64,000 nucleotides of DNA. Source: Lingula anatina. Its lineage: Eukaryota > Animalia > Brachiopoda. Location: positions 48,834,788 through 48,898,787 of the forward strand of contig CM120640.1 of assembly GCA_051362555.1 (NCBI GenBank). The letters run 5' to 3'. The notes beneath the pieces were generated by a model. That model ran no database searches and was not told where the DNA came from. It was given only the letters and a program-made list of their open reading frames with translations. This document shows positions 22,575-34,899 of this stretch, in pieces; positions within the stretch are counted from its first letter, which is position 1; the number at the start of each line of letters is the position of its first letter. Position numbers and translations under genes: made by a program.

Positions 22575-25500
22575 TGTTTTAGAAAAATATATTCTTTTTT
22601 TAAGGGTTTTAGTACAGGTTACAAAAATTTGAAGATATCAGAATGACTGAAAAATCAAATAAGGAATCCATTTGTGCCCATTGGCATGCCTATTTACCTA
22701 CAAATTAAATCGTGAAGTTAGATCTTTTCCCCAGTAAGGCATGAAATTGAATTGTGTTTCGTGATATAATGATTCAAGTGTATGTGGTGAACCATGCGGA
22801 TATCTGGTAGCATGTTTGAAAAAACAGTTGATGCTAGACTTGTTAGATTACTAATTTCATTGATAGGGGGTCTAATTTGTGTTTAATGCAAGTTATCAAA
22901 GCCTTTCTCTTGTGCTCCACTGTGCATCAGTTTTGCACATCTCTCCATTGGAGAGAAGTGTGGATAATGAAAATGCTTCATAAGCGATAAAAACTTGGAA
23001 AACAAAATTTTAAAAATAAACTTTTTTCCCTTAATACATATTTTCTATAGTAACAAAACTTACATGGGCACTCATCACTTTCCAACAATGTATGTTTGTT
23101 AGATATTCTGCATGAAGAACCAGTTTAGGTTGCGGAGACAATGAAAATGTTTCACGTGTGAAGAAAACTTGGAAAACGTATTAAGAAATTGAGGAAAAAT
23201 GTGTTTTCCCCCTAAAACATGTAATCATAGCAATTATATTCACACTGGTACCATCACTTCCTAACTGTCTATGTCATATACACTGAAGTCTATGTTTAAG
23301 GAGGTATGCAAACACTTCATTTGTGAAGAAAATTGAAAATGTGCAAAAACAATGCAATTTCCCATAGGGTTTTGTAGAAATTGAACCCAAAGTTCAAACA
23401 ACCATAGAAAAGGTACTTTCACTGCTTCTGTCCACCATTGTCCAAATTAACTGACAATTCTAACATTGCCCCAATATCTACTATATCTGTCCCTTATTTT
23501 ACTCAGCTGTCAGTTTTACTAAATTTGTACTCAATTTCTTCAGAATCTAAAGGTTGCTTCATTTTTCCACCCCAAATTCATACATGTAACTTATTGTGAA
23601 AATAGATGTTTCAAAATATGCAGTTATTCAGAACATGATTTCAGTTTTCAATTTTACTTACAAATCTCGGGTTTAGTAAGCACAAAAAATTACTGACCTC
23701 TAGTGACAGTAAGTCAATTATCTGCAAGAAAAAAATTGGACTTTCACAGCCATTGATGATGACATTCATTGTGCATGGAAACAACTTTCTCTCCTGAGCT
23801 TTATAAAACTTTAGCATTTTGTACCCCACCTACATCAGAGGTCTGTGGAGGGTAGCTAGGGAGCCTCAGAAAGATAATGACTATGATATCTGTTATCAGC
23901 ATTTGTCCATTCATGTGCTCAGCGGGATTGTACTGTTAACTGTAACTTACATATTGAGGTGGCTTGTTAGGATTCAATACTCTGAAAATCACTATAGAAA
24001 AGGGATTCTTGTATACAAAACACAGTTTGCCCAACAGTTTTATCTATCAATTATTTTTAGCCTTTAGTGATAAAGTCACTTCAATAATTTTGCTTTATGT
24101 ATCTTCTGACAGTTTTATCAAAAGTAGCTTTTACCTCTTTTAAGAAAATATTACCAGGTCACATGGTAGTAACAGTGCAGATAATGCACTGTCAGGCAGA
24201 AACAATCACTGAATTTCCCCTTTTGATGAGGATGTGCACTTTTCCACAGTTTATTTAGATTTTCTTAAGCTCTGTTATCAACCACATAAAGGCACACTCT
24301 CTGCACCAATTGCATATTTTCCTCATTACTCTACAACATGTTGCTGCATCTACCAAGTGGGCTCTAAGAATTATTTCTACAGATCATTCACCTCCATTTG
24401 AGTAATAGTACACGGTAAGACAAGTATATATCTGTTGTCTGTAAGATATGACTTGTAAATTGTTATTGCCATGACCTTAACTCTCAGATGCCAGAGTTTG
24501 AAGCAATTAATTTCTATTGCAATATTCTCATCTTTTCTTGGGAAATCGAAAAATTTATAATGACGGTGCTGTGTTTTCATTTCATTTTCTGCTGTTTCCT
24601 GCAGATAGATTATATCACTTCTTTCAATACTTCTTACCTAACACTAATGGACTAAGGTGGGTTTTGTAGATACAGTTCAGCAGGGAATGCATATTGAAAA
24701 TGAAATAATTTTCTTAGTGAGGAGATTGGTATATCTGTTATTATTGACTGAAAAATATTGTTGCTGATGCTTTTATCATACTACGTAAATATCAGTTTTC
24801 TTCTTTAATAATCTGTACATGTATAAGTTATTGCATGTTTTTTGCTTTTTAGGAACAGACATATTTCCTGTACCAAACTGTTTTTCCTTATTTGTCGGAT
24901 ATGCTGATAAAAGCAGTGCATGAAAGTGGTTCTTATTTAAGAATAGTACTTAAAATTGTACTTTTATAAAACAACAAACCAGTAACTTAAGTAATGATTG
25001 GAAAAGACTAGCACTGGAAAACATCTGATACATGTATGTGTCTTTCTCAGATACATGTATCATAAACATACAATTAATAATTTGGTTGATAGAATCATGA
25101 CTCTTGAACTGTGAGTTAAGAAAGTCATTGTAATGAAGATCTGAACTTTGCCATTTGATTTGTATAAAATTTTGTAAAAGAGAAGTATTGGGTGGTAAAT
25201 TGTGTGGTAGGTCAAAAGTATTGAGCCAGACCAGCCTTAGACAAATTCTTGTCTGCTTGAAGTGCATGGCCTTTTTCTGATACAAAAACTTAATATGTAA
25301 TTGTATCCTTAAAGAGCAAGAGGTATTTGAAAGGTCAAATGAGACACATTAAAAAAGATGACACACATGCTACAATCTTTAATTGGCAAGTTGAAAATGC
25401 TTCATGTACCAATTATACTGTTAGTTGAATTACAGGCTTATGGTTTCTTGGCCTTTTGATAAACAGTACATTTAGGTGGGGATATTCGTGTAGCAATCAG

Positions 25501-27556
25501 TTTGAGAAGGAAATTGCATTGTTTCCTGGGGGCTTACTAGTAGTTTTATTAATTGAAGCAAATGCCAGTGTGTTCAAATTGCAGAGCTGTTGACAGAACT
25601 GTGACAAGGGATATGAAATATGACAATATCAAGATCCTAGATCAGGCACAAAAACAATGCAGGTACAGATTCCATATCTGTTTGGATTTAACTGCATTAA
25701 ATTTGAGTTTCTCTAAATGCATGTTTATATTAGTATTGTGTTGCCATAGGGATTTTTCCAAGAACCGATCTATTAACCAGACGAGTGAAGTGGTTTGGAT
25801 TTTGTTAATATTAATTAGACTCTCTCACATGGGAAGTGAGTGGACAGTAGATGCAATGACTTGAACCACAATATCATGTTGCTATTTGTGTAATATGAAG
25901 ACAAAAAAGAGGGGTGTCATTGCACATTTGAGTCATATACTGTATATGTGATGTTTGCCATAAGTAATTTTTCCATAATGGTTTATATCACTTTTTAATT
26001 AATATTGATTTCTTTCCATATTTGAGGGTTTTATAGTTCAAATAACAAAAATGATGGGGCAACTCAAAATTATGCAAATATTACACAAAATATGTGCATC
26101 AATGATGTGACTCAAATTTGGTAAAATGACCAGTTGTCAGTTCCTGTTTCAGACTCCTTGTATTCATCTACTTTCTTTCATTCAGTTGGTTTTCATTTAT
26201 TGATACTTGCACACCTGTTATGAGAGTATATCTGTTATAAAATTGAGTTTCAGTGTCCCCTGATTGATTTTGAAATTGCAACTATACTATTTCACTTTTA
26301 AAATATATTTATTCCTTGAATTATAAACAAACTAGTTTATTATATACATGTTTATATAAATATCTTCATTGCTTGTTATATATAGTTTCCTTGTACAAAA
26401 AATTACATTTTGTTTGCTAATGTTTAAGGAAATATTTTCTTTATTTATTTTCAGAAAAATAGTCCTACATTAAAAAGGGATATAACAGCCGATGAGGCCT
26501 CTCTGCCCCATGCGGTATTTATATATTGAAACCACTTATACACACAGGCATATGGGAGCTGCAAAATAGTTAAGGAAATGTGAAAGGCTCACAGAACCAC
26601 AGGGATCAAGATATTGTCGGCAATCTGTAAAGGCTTTCTGTATTTGAAAGATGCACAGCATGGTACATAGGGTATTTCCATACTGCTGTCAGATAAAATT
26701 TACCTTTCAGACATATCATTTTATTTTGCAATTTTTTATTGAAAGCAGTGAGTGTTCATCAAATCATTTTGCTGTTTTCAACTCGCTAAAGTTATTTGGT
26801 GCAGAAATACCAGGAACAGCATTCACAGGAGAGTTTTGATCAAATATTGTCATATCCTTCTTTGGAGAAAACTACTATCATAAAGAAAATCTTATTCTTT
26901 TGGACACCAGAAACATGATTTGTAAAGTAAATTTATCTGAAATCAAATGGCTATTTTCGGAAGTAATCTTTATTTAAAAAAGCTTGGTGGAGGTGCTAAA
27001 AACAAGTACTGTGAAATAGTTTTAGAAAACATATTTGGAATAAAGGCTTTGAAAATTGAAAATGTTTTTCCCTTTTGCTCATTTACAGTTGGACGGATAA
27101 TAGTATGTGCAGATTTTTATTAAATCTTTTGTTTCCTTTTAAAAGTACAAATTTGTTACAGAAACAGATTTAAGGTTGATCATCAAATGCTGATGATACA
27201 AATGTGAAAAAAACTGTTGGAGAATGATATGCCCTACAAATGACAACGTATCAAAGTCTAGTCACAAAAACGGTAAGTAGCACGTGCGACCTCTTCTGGC
27301 TGTCACCAGGCCTTTCAGGAGACATGGCATTCCTTCTGACAGGTTTATCACAATGTTAAGTCGGGGATAGCAGTCCAAGCATCGGCCAGAGCTTGTCGGT
27401 GTTAGTTCAGATTTGTCTGCAGCTCCAGTAGAAGGCTGATTAAGCAAGTATTTAATACAGTTAAATAGTCGCTGATGAGAGGCTTGCTGCTGGTGCGCAA
27501 GAACATACATAGTCTCATATAAATTAAGTGGTTTGATTAAGCCAATATTCAATCTG

Positions 27557-27573
27557 CGCCATTCAGAACTTCC
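27557..27573 (-). promoter_or_regulatory. Candidate housekeeping-type promoter (ETS-like GGAAGT plus YY1-like AATGGCG)
   Basis: Minus strand reads ggaagttctgaatggcg, just inside the CpG-normal side of the composition boundary at about 27.2 kb. Confidence 0.35.
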
Positions 27574-30500
27574 TTGTAGTTTTTAAGCGAAACAAATATG
27601 CGGTTTGGTAGACATACAGGTAGGGTGATCAGGCACTGAAGCGTCGGCGACCACATGGATATATCAAGAAGTTGTTACAACTTCTTAGATATATAAAGCT
27701 ATTCAGAATATAACAAAAGTCGTACCATTCAAATAGGGTGACGCAGAACATTAATTCATATGACATACAGGGTATAAATCCTCCTCCCCCCTCCTCCCTC
27801 TCTCTCTCTCCATCGGCGCGCGTGGCATTTAAAATACCAGACAATTAGAAAGGTTCTATGTGAATGCTTGGTTCGAATGATGGTTTAAATGTTTGGGATA
27901 ATTTGGGATGTAGGAGGCATAAAACCATTCAAACCATAGATCTAAGTTTTTTAAAATCAATGCATCAATTCACATTGGAATGTAAGGTAAAGATAAAATA
28001 AGTTGGTGCTGTGTCTGTTTTATTCAAGCTGTTTAAAAGTAAATTTCACAATGCAAATTTTGATATGTAAACTTAACAAGTTACTTGTGCCCCGAACTGG
28101 AATTGGTTTCATTTAGAAATCATACCTAACATAACGTTAAATAAGTGAGTTACGTATTCAATAATGTTATGTAAAACTTGCTACTGATATTGATGGGTAA
28201 TGTAAACTATGCCTATATACGTGTAAAGTTACATTAAGACAAGAAAAGGTGCTTCAGCTACTCTTGTTCTCTCTTACTTCTTGACGCACATGTACGCGTC
28301 TCTTATCAATAACAGTTTGCCTGATTGCTTTTAATACTTGACCAGCTAACATGAATTGAACGCTGTCTTGTTACTATGCAGTATACATCTGAATAATTTA
28401 CACCATTACAGACATAAAAACTAGGCTAACTGACAAATGATAACATTTGTAGTCTATTTTGTATTTAAACTACGCTTTCCTCTCAAATGACATTGTTTCT
28501 GCCACTGTTCACACCCACGGCTTTCATTGCTTTTCACTAAAACGATTCAGTGTATAATTTGGAAACTTCATTTCCCTCTTTTATATAGGCCTACCGCTTT
28601 AATGAATTACTTGCCTGAATGTGGAAAAAGTTCCTTATAATGACTATTTCTACCAAACTATTTAATGAAATCAGTTATTTGACACCAAAGGGTGTAATAA
28701 TACTAATAATACTCCGTATGTGCACCGGTGAAGTCAGGTTATCAAGAAATGGGTGGGGTATATGTGTTATATATATATGTACCTACCTTTATAGTTATTT
28801 GTCAGTCAAATAAATTTTCGAAATGCAGCCCTGCAGCGAACAATTTTGAACTGATAATAAGAGAAAGTCTATTAATATTAAACTTTCAAACAACCAAGTA
28901 ACGCAAAACAGATATCCATAATGTGGAAAGTATTGGGCCTGAGCATGTTATTACAGCTGTAAAGACAGATGAAGCTTTTCATTTATTTTCATGTCATGTC
29001 GAGTTTTTTGCTTGCGTCAGTACTACAGAGGTATGGAAAGAAATCTTAGTGCATTCACAGTCTGCGGAAATCCCTAAGCCGTAATTTGTAGTTTGATTGA
29101 TTACAAAACAGAAGTATCTGAAGGGATGTTTTATTTTGATGCACGTAAACTTTCGTGTTTTCCTGTTAGGCCCAGTTCGCATAAGCTCTTACGGCCGATG
29201 TCGATTCTATCCTAAGGAAAGTTTATGGTCTTTATAAAACGCATTTTTACTCGTTCCCTGTGACCCTTTTTGAAATATATTTTGGTGAGGTGAATTAGAT
29301 TACTATTCACAAGTGTGTTGCGGTAATGTGCTAGTAGCTAAAATAAATATTCCGAAAAATCACTTGTCCATTCAATAGGTCCTTCCGTGAGGTTTTGGGG
29401 AATGCGTAGTTTTGGCAGCTCACATCTTTTATAGTTGACAAGCAAATATGTTACCATATATGGCCCGTTTCAATTTTTGGCTTCCGAAAAAAATCGACGT
29501 TGCAACAGGAACTGATTGGAATCATCGCACTGGGACTAAAACTGCGACGCCGTAAAATGTAGAGAAAAATCTGCAGGCTCCTTTTTTCACATTGGTTGTT
29601 TAAGAAATTTGAGAAGATAATTTTACACATACTTGTATTGGCTGTTTGAGTGTATGTGACGTTTTTAAATCTATAGAAAAGATTATAAAATCTTACATTT
29701 TCTTGCCAAACGCACCAAAAACCCAAAAGAAGAAAAAAGGTAGTTTGGATTGGCCTTTAATGACTGGTAAGGACTGGAATTGGTTTCCAATAAAATGTAC
29801 ATAATGATAAAAAGAGCTTCCAACAAATCACTTACTGTGGGCGCCAAAAAAAAAAAAAAAAAAAAAAAAAAATGAGAAGAACTAAGTTATTATGGTCCAG
29901 ATGTGTGTTCGCTCATGCATCTATATGGTTAAGTTCAAGACCAGTTCATGGCATGTCACAGAACACAATTAATCTTAATAAGTCCGTATACCACCTGAAT
30001 TTAACCCTATTCAGGTGATCGTCCGAATGCTTTCTTAGCCTAGCGAAACCTTTTATTGATATACAGATGTGTAAATAACACGCAACACCACTGTATGATT
30101 ATGATGACGATGCACAGATTTTACTTCAATAGAATAAGAGCCTATGTCCCTATTACGTAAAACCATTATCTCGATATTTTCTCTTTAAGACAATTCTTTG
30201 CTCGTTTCAAAGGTCAATACATGTATCATACAATAAACTCTTGGATTTGAAATCATCTTCCAACTTTTGCACACTCACGTGTTGATAAACTGGTTGTTGT
30301 TTAGCTAGTAGTGTTCTAGTTGATCAGTATGTGTGCTTATAAACCTCAAGTGAATTTAAGAGAGCGTGCGTACATGTATGTTATATGCGATAAGAAGTCT
30401 CCGCTTTGCAACTATTACGGGGCGTCTATCAAAGATAATATAGCCTGTATGTCTACATATTATGGAATTGCATTTGACTTTTATTGCTGTTTTTGTGTCA

Positions 30501-30615
30501 TTGTATTTATGATTTCTTTGTGCTAGGTTACGAGAAAGTATATAGTGTATTGGATTTGTGCGCTTTTTATGTACAGACACAGATGTGTCTGTACATATAG
30601 CCATCATCTGCGTCT

Positions 30616-30660
<45 letters not shown>

Positions 30661-30670
30661 GTGCACTTTT

Positions 30671-31300
30671 ACCGATAACACGATAAGTGGAAAGCCATTT
30701 TACCTTTTGACTTGAAACTTGCAGAACTGATGAATATTCATAATACGCAGGTCAAGTTCGAAAATCAGCATGATCGGGTCACTTATAGGGAATTTATGCT
30801 GTTTTTTCACTTTTTTCAGCATATATGCAGCACCGATAACACGATAAGTGGAAAACCATTTTACCTTTTGACTTGAAACTTACAGAACTGATGAATATTC
30901 ATAATACGCAGGTCAAGTTCGAAAATCAGCATGATCGGGTTTCTTTTAGGGAATTTATGCTGTTTTTTCACTTTTTTCAGCATGTATGCAGCACCGATAA
31001 CACGATAAGTGGAAAACCATTTTACCTTTTGACTTGAAACTTACAGAACTGATGAATATTCATAATACGCAGGTCAAGTTCGAAAATCAGCGTGATTGGG
31101 TCACTTTTAGGTAATTTATGCTGTTTTTTCACTATTTTCAATATAAATGCAACACTGATAACACAATATAAGAAAAACGGATTGGCCAATTGTAATTATA
31201 CTCACAGGAGTGGTCAATCTTACTAAAACGCAGGTTGAGTTCGAAAATAAGCATAATCGGGCCATTACTTAAGAAGTTATACTGTTTTTTCACATTTCCT
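30671..31300 (+). repeat. 161-bp tandem repeat, about 4 copies
   Basis: accgataacacgataagtggaaa starts at 30671, 30832 and 30993; a diverged copy starts at 31154. Confidence 0.92.
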
Positions 31301-31696
31301 CAGATTCAATTATTAGGCATGTTAACAGTCTCATTATTTAACTAATAAGATGCCTAAAAGTGTTTGTTTGATATTTCCTGCATCTTTACAACATTGTTAG
31401 TTGATTATGTAAAAAACATGGTAAACTTGTTATCATGTATTGTGTAATAAAGTGTCAAAAATGGAAATAAACTCATATCATTGCAGTTTGTCAGATTCAA
31501 TCATCCACTATGTTCAGAATCTCAGAATGAAGGAAATTGGACATTTAACACTGTTCTATTGATACTTTTCCCATCTCATCAATTTTCTTAGTTGGACATA
31601 TAAAAATGGCAGTAAAATGTTTATTTTGTTTTATGTTAAAAAAGTGTTAAAAATGGAAATAAACCCATTTCAGAACAGTGCTGTCTTGTTTACATT

Positions 31697-32400
31697 TTGG
31701 CATTATCAAGGCGTGACTTTGAAGTTCCATGGGCCTGAAGACCTTTGCTAGTCACATTTTCTGAATATCTGTGATACAAATATTTTATATTTAAAAATTG
31801 ATGGTCATTAAGCTGTTAAACATTATGTAATATTGCATCAAAATTTGAAGAAACCCCCATTTTGGGCACTGCTTCCATGATGACCATTTAAGGAAAATCA
31901 TGTCACTTACTGTTCTCAAACTTACAGGATAGAAATATGGGACTAAAATACAGCTTCAGTAGGCAATGCAGTCTGTTTTTTTTTTTTTTTTTTTTTATTA
32001 TTATTATTATTTTTTTTTTTTTGCAGTTAAAAAGTTTTTTGTGAAAATTTAATTTTTCACATATTGGCATTTTCAAGGTGTGACTTTAAAGTTCCATGAT
32101 CTTGAAGACTTTTGCTTGTCACATTTTCTGAATGTCCATGTTACTAATATTTTATTAATAACATTTGATTGTCATTATGCTGTTAAACATTATGTAATGT
32201 TGCATCAAAATTTGAAGAAACCCCTATTTTGGGCACTGCTCCTATGATGACCATTTAAGGGAAATCATGTCACTTACTGTTCTCAAACTTACAGGAAAGA
32301 AACATGGGTCTAACATACAGCTTCAATAGGCAACGCAGTCTGTTTGGTAAATTTTTCTGGCAATTTAACAGTTTTTTGTGAAAATTTAATTTTTCACTTA
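31697..32400 (+). repeat. Tandem duplication, about 366-bp period, 2 copies
   Basis: ttggcatt.tcaagg.gtgacttt.aagttccatg...aaatcatgtcacttactgttctcaaacttacagga occurs twice (about 31697 and 32064). Confidence 0.88.
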
Positions 32401-32899
32401 TTTGCATCTTTATTTTCTGTTCTTTGTCTGTACATTTGACAGCTTTGCTGCCTTGTTTGCTACTAGACACTTCAAAATTCATTCATATCAAGTGACAAAC
32501 GGCCTTCATCAGTTCAATCTCTGTGTAATCCATGGTGATTTTTGCTTTAGTTAATCTCAACTTCCATAAATTTTAGGATTTAAATTGGAACCAAAATTGT
32601 TAAATTTCATGAAATGTAATAATTTTGATGAATGTCGAAATCAATTTGTGTAGTCTACAGTCGTGGGTGTCAAAGTATTTTCAGACTTATAGAGGAACAA
32701 AAGAACTTTGTTAAATCATTACATGTGTTACTTAAAGATGCATATGAAGTCAAGTTATTGCCACAAAAGCCCACCAAATGTCAAATGCTACCTTTTTGGC
32801 AAAGGGTTTCATCAGCTGTGTTATGTATTGAAAGTTACACCAAGAAAAACACAGAGAAACATTTACTAACCAGCTCAATTCACATTTTTAATTGATTAA

Positions 32900-33057
32900 T
32901 TAATTAATCACCACCAAGATCTAACCGATTCTAAATTGGCCTATTCCGGAACTAGCCTGACAAATGTTCGCAAAATTGTCTATTGTTTCCTAAGATTAGA
33001 CTATATCTAACAAATCAACAAAGTAAATACATAACCTTCCTTGGTGGAGGTAATAAT
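32900..33057 (-). mobile_element. Fragment of a second Helentron-derived element end
   Basis: Minus strand tattattacctccaccaaggaaggttatgt resembles the typical ttattacctccgccaaggaggttatgt terminus; the left boundary is approximate. Confidence 0.45.
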
Positions 33058-34861
33058 AGCTTCTTCAAACTGCAGACAAAACTGCAGGTAAAGGCTATGA
33101 ATGTTTGAGCGGTACAAAGCTTGCTTTTTAGTGGTTGTTTGAAGAAACTAATAGCGTAACTTTGTTTTCCTTTGGCTTGCAAAGCACATTTATGATAGAA
33201 AAGAAATGTGTTATTCGAGCCTTAATTGGTTTTGACAGAGACCATTCAATGCAATTGCACTTTCAAAAAACTCATCAGAAAACAAGTCGGGAATAAATCA
33301 ATAGAATCGTCCCAAGATAACAATTTGAACTTTTTTAACCTTGCTCGAATTATAACCAATATTTTCCATATATTCCGATTTTTATCACCTTGCCATTGTA
33401 CACAACTGTGTAAAGTAAATGAAGTAAAGGCTGGTTCTTATATACCGCATTCCACTACATCTCAGTGCTGTTAATAACAGATCGCAACACACCTGGCATA
33501 TTTTGGACCATTATTTCAACTGTCTGTAAAGATTTTCACCTCACTTATAATGCTTTGATAATTGCATATTGAATTCCCAAAATCTAAACAGCAGTGTCAT
33601 TATAAAGGTTTCTAACAATGGAATTTAATACGCAAAAAATACTCAACACTCATGGACTGTTAGTTGGTCAGTCTTATTGCAGATGAAATGCACAAGGACA
33701 CAGTCACCGCAAAAAATGGCAACAACCGTAAACGACTGATTCATTTTGTTGCCACATATCTGTAGAAAAATAACGTTTATTAATGGAAACACGCCGGTGG
33801 GATTTATAAAAAGTTACGCCATTCATTGGTTTATCACATTCTTATACACTTTTTCATTTACAGGCAATCCAGTCATGGCCTTCCAACGAGAACAACAATG
33901 GCTGGAATGAATAGAGTAAATAACATATAAAGAAATCCAATCGATATAAATTGGCCGGCCATAAAATGTCACTCCACTCGGTACGAGACACACAAAAGAT
34001 TCATAATTTGTGAAACTGATATGCACCTCTTTAATCATGATGCGGGAAGTATAGCAGTACGGGGAAATGAAGACAATCATTTCCTTGACCTATTGGGTTA
34101 ATTGTCTTGAATCATCCAAATCTATTCACCTTCTTCCCCCATCAACCGATAATTCACAAGGATATGGTACTTTGCTTTGGCAACGTTATTTGGGTGAAGG
34201 TCAAACCTACGCTTTCATGTGGTTTTACGTGCAACCATGTCTGCGACTTATCTTTCAAGTGTCTGTGTTACGTCAGGGAATGACTTTCAAGAACATTATA
34301 AGTCCATTTGCTATGATAAGATCTAAATTCCTGGACAGTCTGTGAATCTATATCCACCATGGCAACCGTTTGACGTTTCACCATGCACATTTTCAGTCAC
34401 CCACTTGCAAACCAATGAATATATCTGATTTCTAATGCATGTTTGGTATGCAAGAATCTGTGCGTCTCTGCAACAATATCAAGGAAAACACAGGACATGC
34501 GATCAGATTTAACTGATTATAAAATGCCACGACAATAAGGAACATGTTTTGGTAAATTACCGGTCTATGCATTACCATAAGACCAGGTCTGTGGAATTCC
34601 AAGACAACTTTTGTAAGTAATGGATTAGCTGATCTTCACCGAGTCAGATCATCCTGAATGATCTCTTTTAAAGATTGGTTAGTTTATTGCTTACAGATCA
34701 CTCCAGAGAGAAAGGCAGTTGTCAGCTCATATCCTACAGTGTTTGTCAAGGAAGAAAGCCTTAGGTGGCTTTGATTTGATCAGCAATCTCAGTGACTTGT
34801 CCCCGTGAATGGCATATCTTTAACGTAATCCGTTTACAGACGACCCAAGTGAGGTTGAATA

Positions 34862-34899
<38 letters not shown>

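Larger units (their letters stand above)
30564..32458 (+). mobile_element. Non-autonomous Helentron-type element (HINE/DINE-like) with internal tandem repeats
   Basis: 5' ttttta + tgtacagacac-agat-gtgtctgtaca palindrome, (CGTCGC)-type microsatellite 30611-30662, tandem cores, 3' subTIR tgtctgtacat (32425-32435) + cagc-ttt-gctg hairpin + ttgttt. Confidence 0.8.

Noticed and set aside
22339-22646. ORFs with YIYIYI/LFIY runs, also 39700-40483 and 59244-59654
   Set aside because: Translations of microsatellites.
24477-24599. Minus-strand open segment ETAENEMKTQHRHYKFFDFPRKDE... as a coding exon
   Set aside because: No recognisable homology, weak donor and no frame-linked neighbours.
29168-29760. 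Possible Kolobok-like element (aggcc...ggccttt)
   Set aside because: Terminal match too short and no clean TTAA duplication.
30671-31300. Regularly spaced repeats as a CRISPR-like array
   Set aside because: Whole 161-bp units repeat with no unique spacers; eukaryotic context; no cas genes.
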